From Mobula hypostoma (lineage: Eukaryota): 64,000 nt of DNA. This document shows positions 51,619-64,000 of the stretch, in pieces. Positions within the stretch are counted from its first letter, which is position 1. Each line of letters opens with the position of its first letter. The notes beneath the pieces were generated by a model, which was not told where the DNA came from, did not search any database, and saw only the letters and a list, made by a program, of their open reading frames with translations. A program made the translations under genes and the position numbers. The DNA is taken from positions 28,956,001 to 29,020,000 of the forward strand of contig NC_086108.1 of NCBI RefSeq assembly GCF_963921235.1, read 5' to 3'.

Positions 51619-52415
51619 TAGAGTAGAGCTACTAGGAATTGATGTTTCAATCCCAATGGTAAGTTGGCACTCTCGATGTTGGCAGTGGGCTTGGAGTGGT
51701 GACAAGGAGGGAGGGTAGGTACATCATCGGGGTCATCAGGTGGGCACCCTCCTTCTTTGATGTTTCGTTGATAAGCCCACGACATCTCCAGAGGGCTCAA
51801 GGGTGCTACCTGGTGTCCCAGATACACCCCCCTCAGTTCCATACCCCCCTGTCTTCATCTTGCAGCCCAGTTGTTGTCTTTCCTTTTACTCCAAATCCAA
51901 TTGCTGCTTTCTTCTGCTGCATTTGACAAGGACTTGATTGCTTGTTGGAGGAAATGACCCCTCACCCCCATCTTCTTCAATAGACTGGTCGTAGATGTAG
52001 CAACGAATCCCCTGCATCCCACTTCTACAGGGAAAATCTTGGTCTTCCAGCCATTCTGGGCAGCTTCAGTTGCCAGTTCAGAGTACTTAGTCTTTTTCCT
52101 CTCATAAGCTTCTTCGACACCATCTTCCCATGGTACTGTCAATTCCACAACATATGCCATCTTGGCTGTTGTGGACCACAGGACCACGTCTGGCCGGAGT
52201 GTTGTAGCTGCAATGTCTGGGGGAAACACAAGCTTTTTTTCCAAGTCCACGTCCATTTTCCAATTCCGAGCAATCTGCAGAATGCCTACATCTTTGATGT
52301 TATATGGTGCTCTGGAGGTTGGCCTACTGGTACAAATTGTGTAATGTGGACATTTCCTGCCGATGTTTGTGGGAGAGCATTTGTGGTGATTCGCCTCTGT
52401 TCCAAGATTGATGCC
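51619..52415 (-). mobile_element. 5'-truncated HERO-type element, second subfamily
   Basis: ORF 51855..52496 carries RPDVVLWS..VVELTVPWEDGVEEAYERKKTKY..PVEVGCRGF; its 3' UTR differs from that of the 33.9-37.3 kb copy. Confidence 0.88.
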
Positions 52416-53385
52416 AGAGAAAAAGAGAGAGAGAAAAAAATATATATAATAATAAAAAGTAAGTAGCGGATGGGGTACAAAGGGGAAGTGGGGCATTAAC
52501 GGAAGTTAGAGAAGTCAATGTTCATGCCATCAGGTTGGAGGCTACCCAGACAGAATATAAGGTGTTGTTCCTCCAACCTGAGTGTTCCTCCAATCTGAAC
52601 ACCCACGCTCCCTACGCGATTCCCTTGTCCATTCGTCTCCCCCATCCCTTCCCACCGATCTCCCTTCCGGCACTTATCCTTGTAAGCGGAACAAGTGCTG
52701 CACATGCCCTTACACTTCCTCCCTCACCACCATTCAGGGCCCCAGGCATTCCTTCCAGGTGAGGCGACACTTCACCTGTGAGTCGGCTGGGGTGATATAC
52801 TGCGTCCGGTGCTCCTGATGTGGCCTTCTATATATTGGCAAGACCCGATGCAGGCTGGGAGACCGTTTCGCTGAACACCTATGCTCTGTCCGCCAGTGAA
52901 AGCAGGATCTCCCAGTGGCCACACATTTTAATTCCATGTCCCATTCCCATTCTGATATGTCAATCCACGGCCTCCTCTACTTTCAAGATGAAGCCACACT
53001 CAGGTTGGAGGAACAACACCTTATATTCCTCCAACCTCCAGCCTGATGGCATGAACATTGACTTCTCAAACTTCCGTTAATGCCCCTCCTCCACTTCGTA
53101 CCCCATCCGTTATTTATTTATTTATTATTATTATTGTATATATTTTTTCTCTCTCTCTTTTTCTCCCTCTGTCCCTCTCACTATACCCCTTGCCCATCCT
53201 CTGGGATTCCCCCCTCCCCCTTTCTTTCTCCCTAGGCCTCCTGTCCCATGATTCTCTCATATCCCTTTTGCCAATCAACTTTCCAGCTCTTGTCTTCATC
53301 CCTCCCCCTCCTGTCTTCTCCTATCATTTTTGATCTCCCCCTCCCCCTCCCACTTTCAAATATCTTACTAACTCTTCTTTCAGTT

Positions 53386-53421
53386 AGTCCTGACAAAGGG
53401 TCTCGTCCCGAAACGTCGACT
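53386..53421 (+). ncRNA. Hammerhead motif, G8->A core mutation
   Basis: AGTC CTGACAA A GGGTCTCGTCCC GAAAC GTC GACT. Confidence 0.7.
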
Positions 53422-55289
53422 GTACCTCTTCCTAGAGATGCTGCCTGGCCTGCTGTGTTCACCAGCAACTCTTTTATGTGTGTTGCTCGAAATTCCAGCA
53501 TCTGCAGATTTCCTCGTGTATGCAAGTATTTATCCTCAGTTTACAAAGTGCCAATTAGTTTTGTTATCCATAGACTACCTACCACAAGCATCACATGTCT
53601 TCTTATTTTTATAAACTTTGAAGTATATTAAGGAAAAGGAAAATCAAGCAAATGGTAAGATTTTAATGTTTGCATTTAGTGGCATTAGTTTAAAAGCATT
53701 AAAACTCACACTGGTGGGACGCAAAGAGAGACATACTGAAATATACAAGTAACTAATGCAACTATGTAATGGAGAGGTCAAGTTAATATGTAATTACAGT
53801 TAATCTTGGATGGGCTTTCAATTACTTTCAAGATTAGGTATTTTCTGAAGATTAGGAAAAATGTCCCAGTTTTAAAATCTTTGGCCACTTATAGCACAAA
53901 CAATGCAACACATTTTAAAGTGCCTATTAGTTAGAGTCACTGATTTGGAGATTCATTCCTTTGACTTCCATCTCTGTTTGCAAACTTACTTTCTGGTCTT
54001 GGAAAACGCCAAAAGGAATTGGTTTTGTGCACTGTGAAAAAGAGTTTCAGAGGTATTTTTCTCAGGATGAACAATCTCTTGAACTGGTTGATATTCGTTT
54101 CCTGATTACAGATTCCATAATATGTTTTGCTCCAATTTTATGGACATCCTTGGTGTGAAATGCTTGAACTCATGATTGAACACCTCAGGCCATTTTAAGA
54201 TACTAAAATAGATATTGAGAAGGAGGATGTGGAAGGAGTGAAAGAATTAAATGTAATTATGATTAAACGGATCCTTTTATTTATTCTAATCTATCTCAAA
54301 TCTCAAACCTCTGCCACCCAGTCTTCCCTTCCATTATCATAAACTGTAGAGATGAATTAATAGGTACCTAAACATGATGGACACAAACATAATACATTTC
54401 AAATTTATTCTTACAAATTGTAAATTACATTTTTTATCACTAATTTTTATTGTAGCACCAGCAAATTTCATTCAATACAATCAGTTGCTGATTACATTTT
54501 GACTGTTTAACCCAGCCACCCCCCAACCCTCATCGCCATCCCCCCTCCACCCCTCATCCTCATCCCCATCCCCACCCCCCTCTCCACTCTTCTCTCTCCC
54601 CCCGCACCCCTCTCCCCTCCACCAACCAACTGAATAGTAGTACATACACAGGCAGAGCATTCCTATTTTAACAGAAGATCTTTTCAATTAGATATCAAAT
54701 TTGTCCACATTAAGATTGTGTTTGGTCGTGCATCATTTACTCTTGCTGACGATAGTTCCAGGTAAGAAATGTCCAAAAAGCTCTGAAGCCAGTGAGTCCT
54801 TGAAATATCATGAGGAGGTTTCCAACAGGACTACAATCTTCTTAGCTGCAGTCAGGCCTGCCAGCCAGACTTGCGTGTTTTTTCTGTAAGGGAAAGGTGG
54901 GAGTCACATTTAGAAGATGTACAGCGAGGTCCATTGGTAATTGTACCCCCGTTAGTTCTGTAAGAGTACTGATAACCTTCCCCCACATAAATTACATTTT
55001 TGTGTTTTGTGTTTTGTATTTCTCTGTTCCCTCCAAGAACTCTGATTTCACACTACCTTTAAAATTAGTAATTTTCTTGTCAGACAAATTTATCATTCTC
55101 ATCTACAACCTAAACAAAGTAATTAGCCCACTGTTCATTTTATTCAAGTGCTTGAAGAATGAAGAATGATTAAGTTACCTAAAACAATGCTCCTGGATAG
55201 GTAAGGCAACTTGCTGGTCTCCAGCAAGAATTTGATTGTGATGAGGGGTCGACGATAATTGGACCCAAGGTGCTGTTGCATGTTGCAGA

Positions 55290-56395
55290 ACCTTGGCCGG
55301 TATACCTCCTCTGCAATTGGATCCTCGACTTCCTAACCGGAAGACCACAATCTGTGCAGATTGGTGATAGGACATCCTCCTCGCTGACGATCAGCATTGG
55401 AGAACCTCAGGGGTGTGTGCTTAGCCCACTGCTCTACTCTCTATATACACATGACTGTGTGGCTAGGCACAGTTCAAATAACATCTATAAAGTTGCTGAC
55501 GATACAAACATTGTTGGTAGAATCTCAGGTGGTGACGAGCGGGCATACGGGAGTGAGATATGCTAACTAGCTGAGTGGTGCCAAAGCAACAACCTGGCAC
55601 TCAATGTCAGTAAGATGAAAGAGCTGATTGTGGACTTCAGGAAGGATAAGACAAAGGAACACATACCAATCCTCATAGAGGGATCAGGAGTGGAGAGAGT
55701 GATCAGCTTCAGGTTCCTAGGTGTCAAGATCTCTAACCTGGTCCCAACATCTCGATGGAGTTATAAAGAAGACAAGACAGCGGCTATGCTGTATTAGGAG
55801 TTTGAAGAGATTTGGCATGTCAACAAATACACTTAAAAACTTCTATAGTTGTACCGTGGAGAGCATCCTGACAGTCTACATCACTGTCTGGTCTGACGGG
55901 TGGGGGGCTACTGCACAGGACTGAAAGAAGCTGCAGAAGATTGTAGATCTAGTCAGCTCCAGCTTGGGTACCAGCCTACAAAGTAACCAGGACATCTTTA
56001 GGGAGCAGTGTCTCAGAAAGGCAGCAACCATTATTAAGGACCTCCAGCACCCAGGGTATGCCCTTTTCTCACTGTTACCATCAGGTAGGAAGTACAGAAG
56101 CCTGAAGGCACACACTCAGCGATTTAGGAACAACTTCTTCCCCTCTGGATCCAATTCCTAAATGGACATTGAATCTTTGGACACTACCTCACTTTTTGTT
56201 TTAATATACAGTATTTCTGTTTTTGCATATTTTAAAAAATATCTATTCAATAAATGTAATTGATTTACTTGTTTATTTATTATTATTATTTTTATTTATT
56301 TTTTTCTCTGCTAGATGTATTGCATTGAACTGCTGCCGCTAAGTTAACAAATTTCACATCACATGCCAGTGATAATAAACCTGGTTCTGATTCTG
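55290..56395 (+). mobile_element. Rex1/Babar LINE 3' kilobase
   Basis: [65 protein letters not shown]; tail ttctgattctg. Confidence 0.9.
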
Positions 56396-56402
56396 GCACG
56401 CA

Positions 56403-56404
<2 letters not shown>

Positions 56405-56451
<47 letters not shown>

Positions 56452-56452
56452 A
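56405..56452. repeat. (CA)n microsatellite
   Basis: Direct reading. Confidence 0.95.
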
Positions 56453-57509
56453 CGGTTTGGACTCAGGTCTTTATCTCTCCCCTCCAACCCTCTGATGCTT
56501 GAACTTCGCTTATTCACATTCAATATCTCCTTGCCCCTTAACTCTGTACTCCCTCCATCAGATCTTCCAGCTATGACTGTTGCAGAACTCCTCCTTCTCT
56601 TTTGCACACCAGGTCTTCCTCTCTTTCCTCTTGCCCTCTGCTCCTTCTCTTCTTTCCTTGTCCTATTCCTCTCCAATCTATTCACCAACCTGATCATACG
56701 CTCTCTAAACCACTGCACCAAGCTGCCGAGTGGGACAAGGTCTGAAGATCCCTTCTGTATTCCCAGGGATTAACACTGCATATACACTCCCAAAGTATCT
56801 CCAGTAAATGCCTTCTTGATGTTAAGCTCTCTTTCCTATTAGAACTGGATTGAGAGGTTTCTGCTGTCACAACCACAGATTCAGCAGTGCAGTAGATACG
56901 GCAATTGTGCTTGTGAATTTGCACATGTCAGCTAATTATTATTTAATCGTGATAGTATTTAACTCCATACTTGTTGTCATAGTGCTTGCAAGACTTGGAC
57001 AGAGCATAGCAACATCGCTGCCATTTTGCATTTGGCCTTCCCTGAGATATTGAACTTTCAAGTCAACTAACACCGAAAACTAGCGGCATTCGTTTAATGT
57101 TTAGATGTTCTTTTCAGCCACAGTGTAGGCTTTGTTTCCCTTTTGAGAGTTTTAGTTAATGGCCCTGTTTGGCCTAGCGTTTATTGTTTTATTTTCCCTT
57201 TAACACTGTTCGTATTAAAGTCTGTGAACTATCGACCTGCTTCAGTGTCTCTCACTCCACACTTGGGCCATATCCAAATCCAGCAACAGCAAGGTAACAT
57301 CTGCACTTCCTTCTGGTATGCCCAATCAGACGAATCTACTTTTCAGATTGTCTTCTCTAGTTCTCAAGAGGCTATGTCATAACACCACAGAACAGAATCA
57401 AATGAGACCTACTCCCGTTGCTAGTTCTTATATCCTTACTCCCCAGCTTTTTAACCCTTAATCTAATTAACATTATACAGTGAACCACAGCTAGAAATGA
57501 GCGAATCAT

Positions 57510-58260
57510 AAAACATAACACCAGAAGACATAACAGCAGAATTAGGCATTTGGCCCATTGAGTCTGCTCTGTCATTCAGTCATGGCTGATTATTATCCCC
57601 CTCAAACCCAATCTCCTGCCTTCTCTCCATAACCTTTGACACCCTGACTAACCAAGAACCTATCAACCTCTGCTTTAAATATACCCAATGTCTTGGCCTC
57701 CACAGCCATCAATGGCAGTTAATTCCATTGATTCAGTATCCTCTGGCTAAAGATAACTATACTCAACTTCACTTGGCTCATCACTGCAATATTCTCACAA
57801 CCAATGGTCTCACTTTGAGGACTCTTTATCTCATTAGCTCATATTCTCATTATTTATTGCTATTTACTTATATTTACACAGTTTGTTGTCTTCTGCACTC
57901 TGGTTGATCTTTCATTGATTCTATTATAGTTACTATTCTGTAGATTTGCTGATTTTCTACAAGATGAATCTCAGGGTTATATATCTGATAGACAGTATAT
58001 GTATTTGAATAATAAAATTTACTTTGAACTTAAACAAAAATTACCTCTCATCTCTGTTTTAAAGGAATGTTCTTGTATTCCAAGGCTGTGCCCTCAGGTC
58101 TAGGCTCCCCCAACATGGGAAACATCCTCTTTCTTGGCCTTTCAATATTTCTATATCCAATAGATTTCAATGAGATCTCCCCTCATTCTCCTGAACTCCA
58201 GTGAGTACAGGCCCAGAGCCATCAAACCCTTTCATTCCCATAATCAATCGCATGAACCTA
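57510..58260 (-). mobile_element. Degenerate CR1 3' fragment with a nested Rex1 tail (about 57760-58030)
   Basis: gcagaattaggc..gcccattgagtctgct..catggctgat matches the CR1 3' end also seen at about 41500-41700. Confidence 0.65.
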
Positions 58261-60609
58261 ATCTTTTAGAATCCTTTTAGATGAATTTAGAATGCCAAAT
58301 GGGGAAAATTCATGTGGTTAAAACTTCCAGTGCGACAAAATGTCACCAGCAAAATGTAACCAATGTGTAAAAGGAGCCTCTGACAAAATGGTCATAAATA
58401 AAATACTTCTTATGGCTTACAGTTTTGAAAACTGAATTGCACGTTTGTGGTTTTATGAACAAGGTTGATCATTCACTGTTATATAGAGTTTCCATTGTGA
58501 TTCATAATCACGCTGTTTTTTTATTAAAAAATAAACAAGAACCAGCTTGTTTTCTTCCACTTGAATACATTTGTGACACATTTCATATTCCCTTTCCATT
58601 AGCTACCATGTCTTGAGATAATTGCAACAGATAAGAGCAGTTTACCATGAGCATGAGGTGTCCTGTCGGCTAAGAATAATAAACACAGCATTATCCTTGA
58701 TTCCTTTGCCTCAGGTGAAATCTATTCCACCGCTTCAGAACTGTACAGGAGTTGTACACTTGCACTCTCGGACAAAAACACAGCTGGTAGATAAAGGACA
58801 AGGATTAGTATTTTAATATTTTTCAGTTGTTGCTTTTCAACTGAGTCTTTCAACTGTCTGAAGCAGATACAGGTTGTTACAACTGCGGTGTCATATCTGA
58901 TCTTGTGATGACTTTCAGACACATTTTTGCAGACTTAAAAGTTGACTAATCCAACTGACTCTGCCCTGTCTACTTATCCATTGTTAAAACACTTATCCTT
59001 GCAATGAGAATGATGGACAGCAGTAGCTCAGCACAGTAACAGACCCCAGCCCACTTTATCCATAGCCCACACTGACCATTTCACCCTCCTATTCTAATCC
59101 CTGGCTATTTCTAAGCAATCCTGGCCACTGTTCATAATCCCGAGGTCATCTAAACCTCTGGGGCTTGTATCCTGACTTTGCCGTGTCTAAATTCTGGAAC
59201 ACACAGTACAACATCATGATGGGGGTACTTTTTTCCAGAAGGACTACAGCGACTCGAGGAGGTATCTGGCCACCACCATCCCGAGAGCGATTAAGGGTTG
59301 ACCATAAATCCTGGCCTTGCAGCAGCACGCAGGTTATGAGAAATGAATGTGAAATGAAACATAAACTTTAATCCATTCATTCACCCATAATTACCTTTAC
59401 AGAAGAGTCCTAAAATTGCAAAAGAATCATAATTAAATAAGGTGCCACACAACTGGAAATGAACGTATCGTGAAGTGAAGACAAAAGGGACAGCAGGTCC
59501 TGCAATCCAGGGGAAATAACACCTGGAAACACTCAATGGAATAAGCAGGATGTCTGATAAAATGTCAAATTCAATGTTTCAGGTTGAAACAGGATGAATG
59601 GAGGGTCTCAACCTGAAACATTGACCAAATTTTGCCTCAGCAAGTGGCTGTGGGGAAGTGGCACAAAAGAGGAGTTGAGGCCTGTGGCAGATCAATCATT
59701 GTCATGTTCAATTCGTCGGGGAGGAAGTGATATACTCTTGCTCCTATGTTTTTAATATTCTTTAATTTCCATGATTTATTATAGTTTATCATTTCCAATG
59801 AAATCAGTAGTGTGAAGTGCTGAGGTATCCTCCATGAAATTAGAATCCACTGGCATTTTCAGCCTAAGCTTACTGAAAACGTTGGTCTTCTGATTTTACC
59901 AGCACCATGTAGCTCACAAGTGCTCATGCTAATAGTATGAGAAATGATCAACCTGGATTGTGACTGTCTTTCTGTTGAGCTTGATGCACAGCTGCTTGTG
60001 TTTGCCTGGCTGAGGGCAGAAAGAAGGGCTCATCTGTGAGGTCCAGATCTGATTAGTCATAAAGCAGAACACATTAAATTCAGCCGTTACTTGAAAATGG
60101 GCTCTGTTTAGTCTTGTGGCTGATTTTTTTCCCTGTTATAGTTCTCATTCAATTAATTAATTTTAATTATCTTGATCCTGTCTGGTGAAGGGCACAGTTG
60201 GTAGCCCTTTCGTCACTGAATCAGGAAGTCATGTGTTCAAATCTCACTCAAGCAACCTACGCACATCATCTAGTATTGGTAGTTCACTTCAATGCAGAAC
60301 GAATGCGGCTTATTTGAGCGACCAGATGCATTCAAAGAAAGATTGAGACAGTTCTCTGTCACGTTCTGATAAGCATCTATTCCTTGATCAGAAGCACTAA
60401 ACTGTGTCCTTTTTCTTCACTGAAATTTGAGTCCTCCTAAAACTCAAACAGAGTCCTGCATATACGCCTTCCTGACTTTGTCCATAGAGATACTAGCTCT
60501 GTCTCAAAACCTCAAAGCCATGCAGGGCTGCTGCTGATCTCTGTTACACCTCACAGCCTGCTAAACAAAAGAGACCTCATCAACTTTTCCTTCAGCCCAC
60601 AGGAGTAGG

Positions 60610-61290
60610 CAAAATTGATATTTGCCTACACTGCACACTTTCCCAAAGTCCAGGCATTCATATTCTGTAGTCATATGTTTATAGAAACTTCCCTAGCAAC
60701 GTCCCTCCGGGAAGCCTTGCGGCATCCCATGACCCCCACGTATAAAGCATACTCCTCCTGTGGGACATGTTCAGGACTCTTCAACTCAGTACACCTCCAC
60801 CCCACTCCCATCATTGTAGCACCCATCCAATCAGTAGCCTCACTCCTCAGTATCTGGAAGAGTGTTGCTTGCGTTGTGTTACGTCCTTTTAATACCTGGC
60901 AGCAAGGGTTGCACTGACTGAGTAAAATGATGACAAGTTTGATAAAAAGGCGATACTTCAGATGCCCTCTGCCCCTCCACATTGCCCTATGCATAGGAGA
61001 GGCTCCAAGTTCAGCATGGGAAGCTACCACACGGTCTTTGACAGATCTGGGTCAGGGTCCTGTAGCAAAGAATGTGAGATGATCTGCCTTCACTGCCATT
61101 GTGATGTGTCATCACCTTCTGCCAACTCCACTGCTGAGGTCTTGATCGGTTTGCTCTTTGCCTGAAACCACCCTACTGACCTTACTGCCAAGGGTGAACC
61201 TACCAGGAGAAAATGTAAGCTTCAGATAGCTTTATTCTTGTGACCTCAGACGCTCACTAGCCTCTCCACCATGGCAAGGTGACAACCCTT
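60610..61290 (-). mobile_element. Degenerate RTE-like 5' region
   Basis: The end ..ccttactgccaagggtgaacctaccagg..gcctctccaccatggcaaggtg resembles about 40850-40970. Confidence 0.45.
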
Positions 61291-61696
61291 GAATCCTCAA
61301 TTCCCTGCTTATAGATTTTCTGATAAACTTGAACATGCGTCAAAAATTTCATTCAGCAAACCTGTCAGTTTTTCCTTCAAAGAAAAGTGCTGTAGGTACT
61401 GTACATTTGATCCCTGCATTGAATGGGGTGTCGGGGAGAGATGCATTGCTAGAAATAGTCAGCGTCAAGATTTTGAACAGGGCTCAGCCACGTCACATGC
61501 ATCAACAAATGTAAGTTGAAATAAGTACATTTTGCGCTTATCTATTTACTTACTCCTCCACTTAAGTTTCGTGAAAGCAAATTTTATTCCTTATCTCAGA
61601 TATTTGTTTAGTGATTTGTGAAGGGTGAATTTCTGTTTCTCAAGCATTCGTAACATGGGAGTTGCCTCTACTGGAGATATGAAATAAAGCAGAAGA

Positions 61697-63824
61697 GATT
61701 GTGCATTGCAAGCTTTATAACTCTAGCTGCCTGTTAAATTGCGTTCCACACTGTTTCACATATCCTGCATTAGCGTTCAGTTTTTGCAGGTGCTCTAAAA
61801 TTAATTTTGTTTTTAAGTCAGGGAGTACTCAAAAATATTTAATGTGATATCCATATCTCCACAGTATTGTGATGAACGGCAGCAGAAACATATAAGGCTG
61901 TTAAGAAAGAAGTTTTACTAAAAGTAGAGAAACTGCGGAGCCTATTGCAGGAACAAATGTTGGGTGCATACATTAGACATGAATTTAATAATATTATGGG
62001 AGCTCATTCTAATATAGAGGTGTCCATAAAGCAGGCATTCTAAACCTGGATTAAGTATGTTTTATGGAAATGTAATACAACACTGAAGAAGGTTATTCTC
62101 CTCTCAATGCAGTAGTCCCATCAGACCTATTCCCTAAAAGGCTTCTGAATTGGCTGCAGTGATGCCAGGCTGTACACTCACTTCCGTGCACTTCAGTTCT
62201 GAATGCTATTTGCTTACTTTGGTTGTTTGCACAATTTTTTTCAGTTGTTTTTTCTCTGCACGTTGGGTCTTCTTTTGTTTTAGTGGGTCTTATCGGGGGT
62301 TCTTTGTGGTTGCTGGTAAGGAGATAAATCTCAAGGATGTATAAAACTTAGAACGTTAGAACTTTGAACTCTTTCCTGATTTTTCTGGATCTGAACAACT
62401 TGCTCTCTCTTTTACGCTTGTCAACTCCATTTTATTTGGCACTTACTTATTGCAATGGGCAGTGTGCAGGAACAATTAACCTACTAGATCACCATTGGAA
62501 TGTGGAGGGAACTGGTGCACCCAGGGGAAACTCACACAGTCACAGGGAGAGTGTGCAAACCCCACACCAACAGTCAGATTCGAAGCATCAGCCTTAGAAT
62601 TGTGAGGCAGTAACACTATCTGACAATTTACTAATTGAGGGCTGGCGAGTAAGTGCAGGGAGATGTGCTTCAAGGTTTAATGTTGAAGGAAGTGATCTAT
62701 GGGAAAGGCAAAACCTTTCTCAAATTATTTGTGACTAAGTTCAATCCTTCAGACTGGTTCCCTAAAGCTAATTACCCTCTTACTGACGATTCAGTCCTGC
62801 TTTGGAGAAGATTGTCAAAACTTTCGGTCATCGATTGTTCAATGAGGAGTGAAAATGAAAAGTGGTGACACGGAATCAAATGCAGTTAATTTATTCATGT
62901 AAGAACAATCTTGCTGCCTAAATCAGCATGTAAACAATATAAATCTGATTTTCTTTCAAAATATTCTTAAAAACTTGGCATGGTGATAAATGAAGTTTGA
63001 TACTCCACCTGCCAGTTGGACATCTCTCAATTAAACCAGCACAAGTTGAATTGATCATGGATTACCAAGCAAAACATAAACACATTAACTTCACCCAGAC
63101 TCGTGAGGTAAACATTTACTCTCTGCCTTCTCACTGCAAATAACCTTTGTAACCTTTAACCATCTCTCCTCATTAGCAATGCAGATAATAGTCCTGGATT
63201 GGCATGGCATTGGCAGTGCAGCTGGTGAGGCAGACAGAGGAATAACTCATGGGTGGGCATGAATGGTCCTTGGGAAGTTGGAGATAATTGAAGGAGTCCC
63301 CTCTCTTATCAGAGGTTGAGATACTGTTCTGAGAATGTAGCACACTGACAATGGATGTCTACACTGATTCAATGCAGCATAAGCAGTTTTTGTTTCAAAT
63401 GAATCAGGTGGATAATTAAAATGAGCAGCTTTTCTCTACCAGCTAAATCAAGGCAGATGTGAGTGAAGTTACAATCCTTATTTCTGTATTTTATCTCCAC
63501 TCGGTACTGTTGAGACTTTTGTCATGATCTGTTTTTTTTTACATCAGATGCTATTTAATGTGCATCAGTTTAATATCACTGAATGCTATTAGCCTGCTCG
63601 TTAAACAAAAACAATTTTCCATCAACGTTATTACTTTTACTTTAAGCCTCACCAATTCTGGAACTGATCCAAGCTCATCTTTGGCTAGCTGGGATCTTGG
63701 GTTGTTTTCATTATCATCTGTTCTGTCCCTCTGTGCAACTGCTGGTTTTGATTTTGCATTGCAAGCTTTATAACTCGAGCTGCCTGTTTAATTCCATTCT
63801 ACTCTGCTTCACATATCCTCCATT
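61697..63824. repeat. 75-bp dispersed direct repeat (61697-61771 and 63750-63824)
   Basis: Ungapped alignment with 9 mismatches in 75 by hand count. Confidence 0.85.
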
Positions 63825-64000
63825 GCTCGGGGACTTGAACCTTTTTGATCTTTAGTCCTTACTGAGCTCAAGATCCACTCTCAGCCATTGGGCATTTACC
63901 TAGTTTTCAACCTTTAAAATATTCCTCTGTGTCAGAATTTCTTCCAGATTTGGAATGTGATATTTTTTCAGATTTGTAACACAGCATAAGCAGTTCAAGA

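Larger units (their letters stand above)
51334..53517. mobile_element. Penelope-like insertion with inverted 5' arm (fold-back)
   Basis: Minus arm about 51334-52584 (split by HERO); plus arm about 52585-53517 with a GIY-YIG remnant. 16-bp TSD gtatgcaa(a/g)tatttat at 51318-51333 and 53518-53533. Confidence 0.9.

Noticed and set aside
54512..54625. C-rich tract with G-quadruplex potential on the minus strand
   Set aside because: Low-complexity sequence with no supporting context.
1..64000. CRISPR arrays, operons, retrons or other prokaryotic systems
   Set aside because: No regularly spaced repeats or operon-like gene density; all reverse transcriptases seen belong to eukaryotic retroelement families.

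Overview
Eukaryotic, repeat-dominated genomic DNA. The repeat families suggest a cartilaginous fish, probably a ray; this is an inference, not a database result. No intact host protein-coding gene can be named. A CpG-rich promoter with a probable non-coding first exon lies on the minus strand at about 27.4-27.7 kb. Most long ORFs in the track are pieces of retroelements: Rex1/Babar, CR1, Penelope-like GIY-YIG, HERO-type restriction-like-endonuclease LINEs and RTE. DNA transposons (Tigger/pogo, Chapaev3, hAT, piggyBac-like) and a solo LTR are also present, often nested with readable target-site duplications (TSDs). Four observations stand out: (1) Penelope-derived termini carry minimal type-I hammerhead ribozymes (HHRs) and recur as fold-back insertions, including a 2.2 kb one bounded by a 16-bp TSD; (2) a TA-flanked Tigger/pogo-like element contains an ITS2/5'-28S rDNA segment; (3) a near full-length HERO retrotransposon is broken by only four visible ORF-disrupting lesions; (4) a second, diverged HERO subfamily is inserted in the Penelope fold-back. 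Family names come from recognised motifs, and boundaries of degenerate copies are approximate.
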